Source: Rhodospirillales bacterium (lineage in GTDB: Bacteria; Pseudomonadota; Alphaproteobacteria; Bin95). From it: a DNA stretch of 64,000 nt. The stretch covers positions 96,001 to 160,000 of the forward strand of contig JAYQLI010000035.1 of assembly GCA_038143065.1 (NCBI GenBank), read 5' to 3'. Shown here piece by piece: positions 41,814-53,206 of the stretch. Position 1 is the first letter of the stretch, and the number at the start of each line of letters is the position of its first letter. The notes beneath the pieces are model-generated. The model was not told where the DNA came from, searched no databases, and worked only from the letters and a program-made list of their open reading frames with translations. A program made the position numbers and the translations under genes.

Positions 41814-43230
41814 GATCTAACCAACCTCCAGAGAGATTTGTCTCCCTCCTCTTAAGATAACTATCTTCCATGTTCTCGGACGAGTTTTTGCTGAGGTAAT
41901 TAGGTCCTGCACGCGACGAATATCTTGACCGTTGATTGACGTGATTACATCTCCTGACGGAGGCCAAGTCTTCGGGCAAATCCACGGCTAAGAAGCCGCA
42001 AGACCACGACGCCACCACCTCGTATGCTGAGGTTAAACTCTTCTTTGATTGCGGGTGATAAATTCGCTACTTCGGCTCCATCAATAGGAGAGCCTTCTTG
42101 AATGACAGTTATATTTCGAGGTGGGTCTTCTGGCGGAGCCTCAAGTCTCACTTTAGTATGAAGGGTCTCGCCCGCTCGCCAAAAGTCAAATTCTACACTG
42201 CTGCCAATTGGTTTGGTTGAAACTCTGAAACGCAACTCCAGAGGATCTTCAATTGGCTTGCCGTCAACTGCTAGCACCACATCGCCCTGCTTTAAACCGG
42301 CCTTCATCAAAGAACCGCCTTCACTTAAAGAGTCGATTAAAACTCCCCGTGGTGGTGATAGTCCAATGGCCTCGCCAATTTCGGCAGTTACTTCTTGGCC
42401 GTGAGCTCCCAGCCAAGGACGAACAATGCGCCCCCATCTTTGGCGGCTTGAACCATACGAGTTACTAAGCTTGAAGGAATAGCAAAGCCAATCCCAAGGC
42501 TGCCTCCAGATTTTGAGTAAATTGCCGTGTTAACTCCAACAACGCGACCTCGCATATCTACCAAAGCACCCCCAGAATTACCTGGGTTAATGGCAGCATC
42601 AGTCTGAATAAAAACACCAAAATCTGTTAGCCCACGGCGCGAACGAGCAAGAGCAGAAACAATTCCACTTGTCACTGTCTGCCCAACGCCGAAGGGATTT
42701 CCAATCGCTATTACAAGGTCTCCAACTTGGATTGTGTCTTCTGGGGCAAGAATCGCAGACGGTATTGTTGAGCCCTCTGTGTTTATCCTGAGTACGGCTA
42801 AGTCCGATCTTTCGTCCTCTTGTAGGACTTCTGCTTCAAATTCACGTCGATCATTCAGAACCACGCGTATTTGATCTGCTCCTTCGATAACATGTCGATT
42901 GGTGACGATGATGCCACTCCTATCAACTATAACGCCTGAACCAAGAGAGCTCTCTTCGCGTTCTCTTGTACGACCACCCGGGAAACGGTCACTAAAAAAT
43001 TGCCTAAAGAAAGGATCGTTGAATAGAGGTGAAACACGTCGCTCCCTCACGATAGTCCGCGTAAATATGTTTACTACGGCGGGCGCAACACGCTGGACTA
43101 AAGGAGCAAATGACAGCTGAACTTCCGCCTGAGTTGACGGAACTGACCGAGTTTCAGCCGAAGCTACCGAGCTTACAAAGTGAAGCGCGATAAATGCGGT
43201 GATTAAGCAAGTTTTGAACAACAATCCCAT
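41806..43230 (-). CDS. degP: DegP/HtrA (Do-family) serine protease with PDZ domains, frameshifts ~42425 and ~41950
   Basis: Signal peptide, SLGSGVI, TNRHV, SDLA, IGNPFG, TDAAINPGNSGG. PDZ parts are in downstream ORFs. Confidence 0.9.
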
Positions 43231-43410
43231 ATCGGTTTGTGTCTTCTCAAAATCTAGGATGAATAAGAAAAATGACGGTATTAGAGTTTATCAGGCCAGC
43301 ATTGGAGAGATATTAAACCTCGTTTTGGCTGAATCCTATTAATTTCATTTTAGAGAGGGTCAGACAGGAGAGTTTTCTACCTAAATTTTCCTTGGTTTCA
43401 TGGTGTCCAC

Positions 43411-45241
43411 TTACCGAGGATATAGGGATTCCAGCTGTTCTTTATAAAGATCTGTGATGAAACGCCTTCGGATCTTCATAGTTGGAGTTAAAAGGCCATT
43501 TTCGATAGTGAATGCTTCATTCACCAAAATGAAGCGTCGAATGCGTTCTATCGGCGATAATTGCATATTGGCCTCATCAACTGCCTCTGAAATTACTTGC
43601 CGGAATTTGTCATTAGCTAACAAAATATCTCGACTAACACCGTTAGATGCTGCCCACAGTTCTGCAAAATCCTTTGCTGGGTTAATCAAAGCAACTAAGT
43701 GCGGTTTCTTATCTCCAAAGACCATGGCTTGATCGATCGCTTCATGAAGAGTCAACACACCTTCAACACGCTGGGGGGAGATGTTATCTCCGCCTGCATT
43801 CACAATCAGATCCTTCTTCCGATCAGTGATTTTCAGGCGTTCTAGCTCGTCAAATTCCCCAATGTCTCCTGTATATAGCCAACCATCTTTGATAGTTTCT
43901 GCTGTTTCGGCCGGCCGGTTCCAGTAGCCATCCATTAGCAGGTCGCCTGCTACTAGTATTTCTCCATCTGACGCTAATTTTAATTCAACCCCCAAAAGCT
44001 TTGGTCCAACCGTTTCCAGATTTAATGTGCCTGGCCTATTGCAGGAAATAACGGGCGCGGCTTCTGTCTGACCATAACCTTGCAATAAACGAAGGCCTAA
44101 GCCCGCAAAAAATATGCCGACATCATAATTTAATGGCGCACCACCAGAAATTAACGCTTTCAATTGTCCACCGAAACGCCCTTGGACCTTTTTCCGGACA
44201 AACTTGTTTAGAAAAAGTTCTCTATTTTCTCCAGGATGCTTAGAGGTGAATTTTCAACTTTTTTCGGCCTAGTTGTACTGCTCGTTGGAATAGCTTTTGT
44301 TTGAGTTTGGACTCTTTTTTTAGACCTTGCAGGATACGTGCATGAAGACTTTCATATAGTCTTGGAACTGCAGTCATGATTGTTGGTTTTGCTTCCAAAA
44401 GATTGGCAGCCAAGTTTGTCTAATCCTTCAGCATAGTAAATTTGGCAGCCGGCAGACAATGGGAAGAATTGGCCGCAGGTTCGTTCATAGGCATGCGACA
44501 GGGGCAGAAAACTCAGAAAACTTTCATTCTGCAGATCATCTATCTCATCGAGGTCAAACACCAAATCAAGAGCGCTCTTGCAGTTTGCTAAAATTGCCCG
44601 ATGAGACAACATCACCCCCTTAGGAGACCCTCCAGTTCCTGAGGTATAAATAAGACTTGATAAGTCGCTGCGACGAATGCTGTTGAGAGTAGAAGGGGGA
44701 TCTGTGTTCTCGTTATGACGTGCGCAAATTTCAGCTAACAATTGTGCATCCTGGTTGTTACTGTCGAATGCAATAGTAAATCGAACTTGGTCTGATACAG
44801 CTGCTGCTGCTAGGGCCTGCTCAGCCACTTTTCCGCCTGATGTGATTAAGCCAACAGCTCCAGAGTCCGTGATTATATGAGTATGGTCTTTTTCGGTATT
44901 CGTAGCGTAGGCCGGTACTGAAACACCCCCCGCAAGAGCATTATTGCAATATCCGAGATCAACCATTCAGGGCGGTTTTCAGATGCTAAAACAACACGTT
45001 CACCGGGTTTAAGGCCAGCTGAAATCAGCCCATGAGATAGAGATAGGACTAGCTCACGAATTTGAGCATGGGTAAGTTGTTCGTATTCTCTTTTTCCATC
45101 GGGCTTCCACCACAAAAACGGTTTGTTTCCGCCTTTTAAAAGCATGTCCATTGCCATTGCTGGTATGCTTGACCAACTATCGTATCGAGAGAGGAGATGC
45201 GTCTTTTCGGCAGAGGGGATTCCCATATCAGGTTTCCTCAA
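43411..45241 (-). CDS. Long-chain fatty acid-CoA ligase (AMP-dependent), fragmented by several frameshifts
   Basis: SENRPEW, IYTSGTGGSPKG, FLPLSH, QGYGQTE, TGDIG, ITDRKKD, LTPTMK. Confidence 0.88.
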
Positions 45242-45375
45242 TAAACATTCTGTTAAACACTTTCCTGAACCATGTTAGCACAGGATATTATTTTCATTTG
45301 CATTTTCTCTATGGTGTTGTCCTGCCTATATATTAGAGTATTGAGATGTTCCCGTGTGTCTATCGTGCGATTTCA

Positions 45376-45783
45376 ATGAAAATTTTAATTAAAAGCCTCT
45401 TGTTGGTGATGGCTACCACTCTAGCCAGCACAACATTTGCAGGATCATTGGATGGTCCAGAAATCGCTGATTTCCGAGTTTGGCGATCTACCCGATGCTA
45501 TAAGCCACTACCGCCCCCGTTAGAGGTCTCAGATGCCCGTTCTTACAACCTGACTGTTGACGCATTTAATAAGTATTTTGGCCAAATGAAAACTTTCATG
45601 GAATGCGTGGGTTCAGAAGGTAATCAGGATTATGAAGCTATGAGAGAAGTTTTAGAAAATGGAATGGGGCAATCTCGGGCTGAGGCACTTCAAGACCTTG
45701 AACGCATACGTGCTGCTATAGAAGCTTACCGGGCAAAATATTTCACCCAGGAAAAGGGGCCTTTAGTAGAACCCCAGCGATGA
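45376..45783 (+). CDS. Hypothetical secreted protein
   Basis: Signal peptide MKILIKSLLLVMATTLASTTFA, two Cys (C-x-x-P and ECV), helical C-terminus. Confidence 0.6.
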   Translation: MKILIKSLLLVMATTLASTTFAGSLDGPEIADFRVWRSTRCYKPLPPPLEVSDARSYNLTVDAFNKYFGQMKTFMECVGSEGNQDYEAMREVLENGMGQSRAEALQDLERIRAAIEAYRAKYFTQEKGPLVEPQR

Positions 45784-45842
45784 ACTTGCACCTAAGATAG
45801 CAACAGCGCACACTCAGACTTACACGTAACCATGGAATTCCA

Positions 45843-46805
45843 ATGATCCCTGAGCTTTCCACAAAATTTTCAGATGTTGACACGATTACCAAAGGCTTTG
45901 CCGATCTTGGGTATATTTGTTCCAAGTCAATTGCGACAGCGCTATACATCGCGGGTAACTTAGGTAAACCCTTGTTGGTTGAAGGGCCTGCAGGTGTCGG
46001 TAAAACTGAACTTGCTAATACTATGGCTACTTTCGCTGACCTCCCAATGATCCGGTTGCAGTGTTATGAAGGGCTGGATGAAGCAAAAGCACTGTATGAA
46101 TGGCGCTACGCTAAACAGCTTCTTTATACACAAATTCTTCGGGACAAAATTGGAGAGGTTTTAGGCGATGCAAAAACGCTCCAAGCCTCTATGGACAGGC
46201 TGCATAATCATGCAGATCTATTTTTTTCCGAAGAGTTTGTTGCTCCCCGGCCCCTCTTAAAAGCCCTTCGTGAAGAAAATGGGTGTGTTCTTCTGATTGA
46301 TGAGATTGATAAGTCTGATCATGAATTTGAAGCTTTTTTGCTAGAAATATTATCTGAATTTCAGGTATCGATCCCCGAGCTGGGGACTATTAAAGCCAAG
46401 AAACGGCCTATTGTTTTTCTAACCTCTAATAACACTCGAGAGCTATCCGACGCTTTAAAACGTCGCTGCCTTCACCTTTATGTGCCGTTTCCTGATGCTG
46501 CTCTGGAGAGAAATATTCTCAAGGCCAGAGTGCCAGAAATTACGGAACATTTGATGCGCCAACTAGTTTCTTTTGTTCAAGGGGTCAGGGAACTTGATTT
46601 GAAAAAGCACCCTAGTGTCTCGGAAACTATCGACTGGGCGAAGGCACTCATGTTGCTCAATGCCTCTGAGCTTGATGGTGACTTAGTGCGTGAAACATTA
46701 AATGTCATTTTGAAGTTTGAGGAAGACATCGCAGCTGTAGATCGCCAGGTCTTAGATCTCGTTAGGCAGGCAGAGAAGGCAGCACCCGTTGCAATGGATA
46801 AATAG
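45843..46805 (+). CDS. MoxR-family AAA+ ATPase, CoxD-like
   Basis: EGPAGVGKTELA, RLQCYEGLD, LLIDEIDK, LTSNNTRELSDALKRRCL, PSVSETIDW. Confidence 0.92.
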   Translation: MIPELSTKFSDVDTITKGFADLGYICSKSIATALYIAGNLGKPLLVEGPAGVGKTELANTMATFADLPMIRLQCYEGLDEAKALYEWRYAKQLLYTQILRDKIGEVLGDAKTLQASMDRLHNHADLFFSEEFVAPRPLLKALREENGCVLLIDEIDKSDHEFEAFLLEILSEFQVSIPELGTIKAKKRPIVFLTSNNTRELSDALKRRCLHLYVPFPDAALERNILKARVPEITEHLMRQLVSFVQGVRELDLKKHPSVSETIDWAKALMLLNASELDGDLVRETLNVILKFEEDIAAVDRQVLDLVRQAEKAAPVAMDK

Positions 46806-46813
46806 GCAGTCAG

Positions 46814-48208
46814 ATGCCTGGAGAGATTGACCGGACCCTCGTTAACTTTTTGCGTGCTGTAAGGGGGGCAGACGTTCGTGTGTCTGTTGCAGAAACTCTT
46901 GACGCGGTAGAGGTAGCCAAATTTATTGGCTGGGAGGACCGAGCTTCGTTAAAACAAGGTCTCGGTCTTGCGCTGGCTAAAACAGTTGAGGAAAAAGCTC
47001 GGTTCGATACGACCTTTGATGCTTTTTTCTCAGCGGTCGCTGATACCTTTGGGGGTGAAGCGGAACTTGATGAAGATATCGATAAAAATTTCTCACAGGA
47101 TGTAAGTGATAGTCTGTCCCAACTGCTTCTTGATGGTGATAGAGCGGAGTTGATTGCCGCTCTGGAAGAGGCTGCTGCAGCTGTAAATTTGTACGAAATT
47201 AAGTTTTTCACCCAACGTGGTCTCTATACACAGCGTATCTTGCGCGAAATGGGTGTGGAGGGACTGGATGCAGCAATTCGTGAGGCTCAGCAAGGCGGTG
47301 GAGCTGGTGATGGTCAGGGAAATGGCCAAGGCACTGGACAGCAGGCAGGTGTTGCAGGTGAACTTGAGGCTGCTCGGGCCAAATTATTTGAGGCCACACG
47401 GGATCTCGTTGAGAGACGTCTTTCAATTTATGGGGCAGAGACTAGCCGAGACTTGAGGGAAGGAAGACTAAGGCGCTCGAAGCTTGGTAATTTGGATCGT
47501 CGCGATCAGGAAGAAATGCGTCGGCTTGTAGCTCGTATAGCCAAGCGTTTGGCTGCTCTTCACTCGCGTAAGCCAAAGCGCAGAAACCGGGGAATGCTGG
47601 ATCTGCGGCGAACTATGCGCAGAAATTATGCGAATGATGGGATTATGTTTGACCTAGAATGGAAACGTAAAAAAGTAGCAAAGCCTAAGGTGATGGCTAT
47701 TTGTGATGTTTCTGGTTCTGTCGCTGCAGTGGCGCGCTTCCTTCTCCAGTTTCTGTATGCACTTCATGATATTTTAAATGATGTTCGCAGCTTCGCTTTT
47801 TCTGGAAAGTTAATAGAAACATCAGAATTTTTTAAGCATCATGATGTTGAAACGGCTGTTGACCATGTCATGAGTTCAGTTGGTTATATGTCAACAGATT
47901 ATGGTAAAAGCTTAGAAGACTTTCGTGAGGGATGGCTCGAGGACGTCGATAAGCGAACTACTATTGTCATTCTTGGCGATGGAAGATCAAATAATACTGA
48001 GCCTAGATCTGATATTCTCAAAGAATTGTCGGAACGTTCTAAACGTTTGCTTTGGTTGAATCCTGAACCGCCGCCTCTTTGGGGGACGGGCGATAGCGAA
48101 ATATATCGCTATAAGCCATACTGTAATTTGATGCGTGAAGTGAATAGTCTCAGCCATTTAGAAAGAATAGTTAATGATTTGGTTAAGGTTGTTAAGGCGT
48201 CTAGTTAA
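46814..48208 (+). CDS. VWA-domain protein, CoxE-like
   Basis: LDLRRTMR, MIDAS DVSGS, TDYG, LGDGRSN, WLNPE. Directly downstream of the CoxD-like ATPase. Confidence 0.9.
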   Translation: MPGEIDRTLVNFLRAVRGADVRVSVAETLDAVEVAKFIGWEDRASLKQGLGLALAKTVEEKARFDTTFDAFFSAVADTFGGEAELDEDIDKNFSQDVSDSLSQLLLDGDRAELIAALEEAAAAVNLYEIKFFTQRGLYTQRILREMGVEGLDAAIREAQQGGGAGDGQGNGQGTGQQAGVAGELEAARAKLFEATRDLVERRLSIYGAETSRDLREGRLRRSKLGNLDRRDQEEMRRLVARIAKRLAALHSRKPKRRNRGMLDLRRTMRRNYANDGIMFDLEWKRKKVAKPKVMAICDVSGSVAAVARFLLQFLYALHDILNDVRSFAFSGKLIETSEFFKHHDVETAVDHVMSSVGYMSTDYGKSLEDFREGWLEDVDKRTTIVILGDGRSNNTEPRSDILKELSERSKRLLWLNPEPPPLWGTGDSEIYRYKPYCNLMREVNSLSHLERIVNDLVKVVKASS

Positions 48209-48344
48209 GCCTCTCGTTGCAACTTTCCTTCCATTGGCTCCATCATCGTAACTGACAGATTTGACTGATTTCACCCTTTTTTCTCAGCATGCCCGCGCTA
48301 ATTAGCTAAAAAGGAAAGACTTTGGTGCGAGCAAGGAGAAAATA

Positions 48345-48560
48345 ATGATTGTATCTCAGGAAGCTCGTATCACAATGATTAGGGCAGAACTGGCTGCCTC
48401 CATAAAGTTGAATAAACCTACTGTCGAATGTGTAGACCTACTGATCGATCTTCGCGAAGCTCTATGGGATTACGAAGATGAAACTGGAAAAAATCACGAG
48501 GTCGAAAGTGAATTCCATATGCTTGAGGAAGCGATCTTTCCCGAAGCGTCGGTAAAGTAA
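48345..48560 (+). CDS. Small acidic hypothetical protein (71 aa)
   Basis: AAGGAG RBS, own intergenic slot, helical acidic sequence. No recognised family. Confidence 0.55.
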   Translation: MIVSQEARITMIRAELAASIKLNKPTVECVDLLIDLREALWDYEDETGKNHEVESEFHMLEEAIFPEASVK

Positions 48561-48640
48561 TAGTGGTTCTCTTATCCGTTGAGATTAAAGATCCAATATG
48601 GTTTCTCAGGACATGGATAGAGATTTAGGAAGATAAACCT

Positions 48641-48928
48641 ATGGCTAAGACCGTTGTTCTTGTCGCTTTTGAGGTGAAAGCAGACAAAATGGAGTGCTTC
48701 CTAGAGATAATCCACGAGCATGCTTTTGGTACTTTGGCAGACGAGCCTGGATGCGAGCGTTTTGACGTTATGACAGCAAGAGATGGGACCAACGCGGTAC
48801 ACCTACACGAGGTATATGTGGATGATGAAGCATACGAGTTTCATGCTCGGTCTTCACGCTTGGTAAATGTTCGTGAACGTTACAAAGACCTAATTGTTGG
48901 GCGGACGATAACAATCTGTAACCTTTAA
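48641..48928 (+). CDS. Antibiotic biosynthesis monooxygenase (ABM/LsrG-like) protein
   Basis: EPGCERFDV, LHEVY, AYEFH pattern. Confidence 0.85.
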   Translation: MAKTVVLVAFEVKADKMECFLEIIHEHAFGTLADEPGCERFDVMTARDGTNAVHLHEVYVDDEAYEFHARSSRLVNVRERYKDLIVGRTITICNL

Positions 48929-48979
48929 GAACTATGCCTATAAATGATGTCTAGATTTTCCAGAGATCTTTGCACTGGT

Positions 48980-49477
48980 TCATATCCAATCTGGGTTTGG
49001 TGCTAACCGTCCTGGTTTTATAGGTGGACGAGCCGGGTCTAGGTCGTCCATACGTAGTCTAGCCAGTCTCATGACATCGATTAGCCAAACACCTTCTCTT
49101 AAAACGTACTTTTCCTCATAAAAACCCCAGCCTACCCATCCGCGAGCACCGTATGGACTGGGTGCATCAGGGGGAAATTCCACGTAGTCCATCATCGCCC
49201 AGGAGCCGCGAGCTCTTTCTTGATCAACCATAATAATTTCAGGCTGATGTACATGGTGTATGGAAACTGCATTGGCCAAATTACTCGCAATTCCGTCAAC
49301 AAAACCTCTCGGTGAGATGCCATCAGGGACAGCTCCAAACCCTGATAGCTTGGCGTCTGGAGTAAATAATTGCTTCAGGCGATCCCAAGCTTTTAGATCT
49401 ACGAACCTGCAATAGCGTGACTTTAAATCTTGTATTTCCGCTATAGCCACTAAATTGGCTGGGTTAATCGAGCTCAA
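48980..49477 (-). CDS. SnoaL_4/NTF2-like protein (LinA/BaiE dehydratase-like)
   Basis: EIQDLKSRYCRFVD.K.W, HHVHQPEI, ARGSW, G.YEEKY, W.I. Confidence 0.82.
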   Translation of the reverse strand: MSSINPANLVAIAEIQDLKSRYCRFVDLKAWDRLKQLFTPDAKLSGFGAVPDGISPRGFVDGIASNLANAVSIHHVHQPEIIMVDQERARGSWAMMDYVEFPPDAPSPYGARGWVGWGFYEEKYVLREGVWLIDVMRLARLRMDDLDPARPPIKPGRLAPNPDWI

Positions 49478-49521
49478 AAGATAAAACTCCTGTTCAAATT
49501 CTTTTTCGACCTTGCGATTAA

Positions 49522-50733
49522 TTACGCAACGATACCTGCGCCTTTAAGGTCCAATATTTCTTGCTTTGTTAATCCAACCTCACTCAGGATTGCATCTGTA
49601 TGTTCTCCAAGTTTTGGGGCAGGAGTCCTTATTGCGCCAGGAGTTTTTGATAATCTTGGAACTATATTGTGCATGGGTAAGTAGCCATCAGGAGCATCAT
49701 TATCTGTAATATTAACGATTGCCTCGCGCCCTAAAATATGAGGATCTTCTCGGAGTTGTCCTGCATCATAAACGGGTCCTGCCGTAACCTCTGTTTCTTC
49801 AAAGAATTTTAGGTTTTCTGCCAATGTTCGCTCTCCAACCCAGGTTTGAACAACACCATCGACTTCATCGGCATGTGCTACTCTGGCGGCATTTGTAGAG
49901 TATCGAGGGTCATCGCACATATCTCCGCGTCCAATGGCACGAAAGAGACGCATTGCCATTGCTTGCATTGAACCGGAAATGGCCAACCAGTGGCCATCTT
50001 TGGTTTTGTAGGTGTTCCGTGGACTCGCGGTCATGGACCGGTTCCCAGACCTCATAGGTGCTTTTCCCGTCACGTGATGAATGGCTGCGTCTCCGCCAAG
50101 AATTGATACCAAAGGTTCGAGCAGGGACAGGTCAATAATCTGCCCGTTTCCACCTTTAGTTTCTACTTCTCGAAGTGCTGTCATGCAGGCAAAAGCGCCA
50201 TAAAGACCAGCTACCATATCGGCCAGCGCCATGTTTGGTAGTGAAGGTGGCCTGTCTGCTGAACCAGTCTTCATGGCAAAGCCACTCATCCCTTCTATGA
50301 GGGTGCCAAAACCTGGTTTATGGCTGTAGGGGCCCGTCTGACCAAATCCAGTAACTCGTAAAATGATCAAATTTGGATTGCGAGCCCATAACGTCTCAGG
50401 CGCCAGGCCCATTTTCTCGAGGCCACCAGTACGAAAATTTTCTACAAAAACCTGAGCGCCTTCGACCATGTCCAGAAGGATAGCTTTAGCCTTTTCTTCT
50501 CTAAGGTTCAAAACAATGCTTTTTTTATTTCGCGCATATATTTTCCATTGAACGCTAATGCCATCCGCTCCCCAGTCACGCAGAGGATCGCCTTTTCCTG
50601 GCGGTTCGACTTTTATGACCTCGGCACCATTATCTGCTAGCACATGCGTCGTCATATTGCCGGCCACAAGCCGCGAAAGATCGAGAACACGCACGCCGTC
50701 TAGTGGGCACTCAGCAGTTGGTTTGTATTCCAT
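49522..50733 (-). CDS. Class III CoA-transferase (CaiB/BaiF)
   Basis: PLDGVRVLDL, GAEVIKVE, RNKKS, ENFR, GFGQTGP, catalytic D in LADM, APKLGEHT. AGGAGA RBS before 50733. Confidence 0.93.
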   Translation of the reverse strand: MEYKPTAECPLDGVRVLDLSRLVAGNMTTHVLADNGAEVIKVEPPGKGDPLRDWGADGISVQWKIYARNKKSIVLNLREEKAKAILLDMVEGAQVFVENFRTGGLEKMGLAPETLWARNPNLIILRVTGFGQTGPYSHKPGFGTLIEGMSGFAMKTGSADRPPSLPNMALADMVAGLYGAFACMTALREVETKGGNGQIIDLSLLEPLVSILGGDAAIHHVTGKAPMRSGNRSMTASPRNTYKTKDGHWLAISGSMQAMAMRLFRAIGRGDMCDDPRYSTNAARVAHADEVDGVVQTWVGERTLAENLKFFEETEVTAGPVYDAGQLREDPHILGREAIVNITDNDAPDGYLPMHNIVPRLSKTPGAIRTPAPKLGEHTDAILSEVGLTKQEILDLKGAGIVA

Positions 50734-50826
50734 CAACAGTCTCCTTGTTGAACAGTATATGCCCTGGATTGAGAATGCGGGAACGGCGTTTATGCTTCGC
50801 ATTGAATTTGGGCGGGAGATAATCAA

Positions 50827-52320
50827 ATGGCACGTATAGCTGTTGCCAGTTTTAGACACGAGACCAATACTTTCGCGCCACATAAAGCAACAATGCAAGA
50901 TTTTGAGACTGGATATAGTTGGCCATCTTTAGTCAGGGGTGAAGAGATGCCCGCAGCAGTGAAGGGCTTTAATCTTGCAATTTCTGGCTTCATTGAAACT
51001 GCTTCTGCTCAAGGTCATGAAATTTTACCTCTGCTTTTCGCTTCGGCAGCTCCATCAGCTGAAGTCACTGAAGATGCTTATGAGACCATTGTTGCAATGC
51101 TTTTCGAAGAGTTAGCAGGTGTAGGCGATTTTGATGCGCTGTATTTGGCTCTTCATGGAGCTATGGTGGCAGAGCACATTGAGGATGGTGAAGGAGAGCT
51201 GTTAGGTCGTCTTCGCCAGAAATTTGGCCCTAATTTACCAATCGTTGTAACTCTTGATTATCACGCCAACATGAGCCCAGCGGCATTGGAGTTTGCAACT
51301 GCCATCACCGGGTATCGCACATATCCGCATGCCGATATGGCAGGAACTGGCAGTCGCATGGCTCAATGGCTAGATGTGCACCTCAGCAATGGTGCAGTTA
51401 AGCCCGAGGCGTCGCTTCGCCAAATACCATTTCTAATTCCACTGTTTGCAGGTTGTACTATGCGCCAGCCTGCGTCCGATGTGGTTGCCGCTGTTGCTGC
51501 GGTTGAAGCTGAAACCAATGTATTGCTTTCATTTGCAGGCGGCTTTCCAGCTGCTGATATTCTTGATTGTGCCCCGAGTGTTTATGGTTACGGTCCATCC
51601 GCGTCTGATGCGGTGAATCGCATTGCAGATATGGTTGAGGCTTTAGAGCCAACTTGGGGGGGGGATATACTTACGCCAGAAGCAGCTGTTTCGAAGGCTA
51701 TAAAACTTTCAAAAGGAGCTTGTAGGCCCATAGTTCTAGCCGATATCCAAGATAACCCTGGAGCCGGCGGCACCGGTGATACCATGGGTTTGATTCGCGC
51801 AATGCTAGATGCTGGTGTATCTGGTTCAGCAGCTGGACTAGTTTATGACCCCCACGTAGCCACGATCGCGTTGAAGGCCGGAGAAGGGGCAGAAATTGCG
51901 GTTGCCCTAGGCGGAAAGCATGGAGTTGCTGGTGACAATCCCCTAGCCGGCCAATTCAAGGTTATTGTTGCTTCGGATGGGCAAATGATTGGATCCGGTC
52001 CTCTTTATAAAGGCGCGCGGATGGATCTCTCCCCAGCTGCACGTCTTCGCATTGGTGGTTTGGATATCATCGTTATTGGCAAGAGGGTGCAAGCTGCTGA
52101 TCAAGAAAGTTTTCGTCATTTTGGTATCGAACCAGCAGAAACAAAACTGTTGGCGCTTAAAAGTTCCGCGCATTTCCGTGGGCATTTCCAGCCCATAGCT
52201 GAAGCTGTGATCGATGTTGTGGCACCAGGTGCAATGTCAGCGAACCCGGCGAATTTAAAATTTACCAAGTTGCGTCCTGGTGTAAAATTAAGCCCTGCCG
52301 GCGCTCAGATTGGGAGTTAA
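50827..52320 (+). CDS. MlrC-like M81 metallopeptidase
   Basis: HETNTF, LHGAM, LDYHAN, YPHAD, DNPGAG, KSSAHF. Confidence 0.9.
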   Translation: MARIAVASFRHETNTFAPHKATMQDFETGYSWPSLVRGEEMPAAVKGFNLAISGFIETASAQGHEILPLLFASAAPSAEVTEDAYETIVAMLFEELAGVGDFDALYLALHGAMVAEHIEDGEGELLGRLRQKFGPNLPIVVTLDYHANMSPAALEFATAITGYRTYPHADMAGTGSRMAQWLDVHLSNGAVKPEASLRQIPFLIPLFAGCTMRQPASDVVAAVAAVEAETNVLLSFAGGFPAADILDCAPSVYGYGPSASDAVNRIADMVEALEPTWGGDILTPEAAVSKAIKLSKGACRPIVLADIQDNPGAGGTGDTMGLIRAMLDAGVSGSAAGLVYDPHVATIALKAGEGAEIAVALGGKHGVAGDNPLAGQFKVIVASDGQMIGSGPLYKGARMDLSPAARLRIGGLDIIVIGKRVQAADQESFRHFGIEPAETKLLALKSSAHFRGHFQPIAEAVIDVVAPGAMSANPANLKFTKLRPGVKLSPAGAQIGS

Positions 52321-52321
52321 T

Positions 52322-53206
52322 TTGTTGATTAATAAAATTCAAACCATTCTTGTTGCCGGTTATGGCGTTATGGGCAAAGGCGTTGCTGCCTCTTTTCATG
52401 CTGGCGGCTTTGACGTCACTATCCTTACGAGAGATCCCGCGAAGGCTTTGGCTGATGCGCCAACGGGAGTTAAAGCAGTATCGTCATTACCAGATGAACC
52501 GCCAGACTATATTTCTGAAAACTACCCAGAAGAAATTGCGCCAAAGCAGGACTTATTTGCAGCTATCGAAGCCAAATGGGGAGGTGCAAGCATTATTGCA
52601 TCTAATACCTCTGGTCTTGACTTAGAAGAGTTAGCAGCACCGTTGCAGCACAAAGATATGTTTATGGGTGTTCATTATTTACAACCTGCTGATGCGTTTG
52701 CATGTGTGGAAGCTATTCGGATTTCGGCTACATCCGATGAAACAAAAGATAGAGTAGTTGATGCTTTAAAGCGGACTGATAAAGAAGTGGTCCTCCTTAA
52801 TCGACCCATTATAGGAGCTTTATTTAATCGTTTGCAGCATGCGATGCTGCATGAAGCTTATTGGATGATAGAGCAGGGGCTTTGCTCAGTTGAAGACGTC
52901 GACAAATTTGCCAGGCTCGCCATGGGGCCGCGCATGTGTGCTGGGGGCCTTATTGAAGTAAAGGACCTTGGAGGACTAGTAGTTCATGCTGCCTCGCAGT
53001 CTGAAATCATCCCTAAGCTTACCTTAAGTAAAGAGCCAGCACCTTTTGTCCAAAATTTACCGAAACAGGGTTTCACCGGGGCTGACGCCGGAAGAGGTTT
53101 TTACAACTGGCATGGAAAAGATGTTGAAAAGCGGCGCCGCGAGGTCAAAGAGATGACCCGTAAGATTTTAGACATTGTTGAACCAGAGGCTAGGGCGCGT
53201 GACTGA
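52322..53206 (+). CDS. 3-hydroxyacyl-CoA dehydrogenase family protein
   Basis: GYGVMG Rossmann motif, E..PE...K, ASNTS, H..P..E catalytic pair, NRLQ, GRGFY. Confidence 0.85.
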   Translation: MLINKIQTILVAGYGVMGKGVAASFHAGGFDVTILTRDPAKALADAPTGVKAVSSLPDEPPDYISENYPEEIAPKQDLFAAIEAKWGGASIIASNTSGLDLEELAAPLQHKDMFMGVHYLQPADAFACVEAIRISATSDETKDRVVDALKRTDKEVVLLNRPIIGALFNRLQHAMLHEAYWMIEQGLCSVEDVDKFARLAMGPRMCAGGLIEVKDLGGLVVHAASQSEIIPKLTLSKEPAPFVQNLPKQGFTGADAGRGFYNWHGKDVEKRRREVKEMTRKILDIVEPEARARD

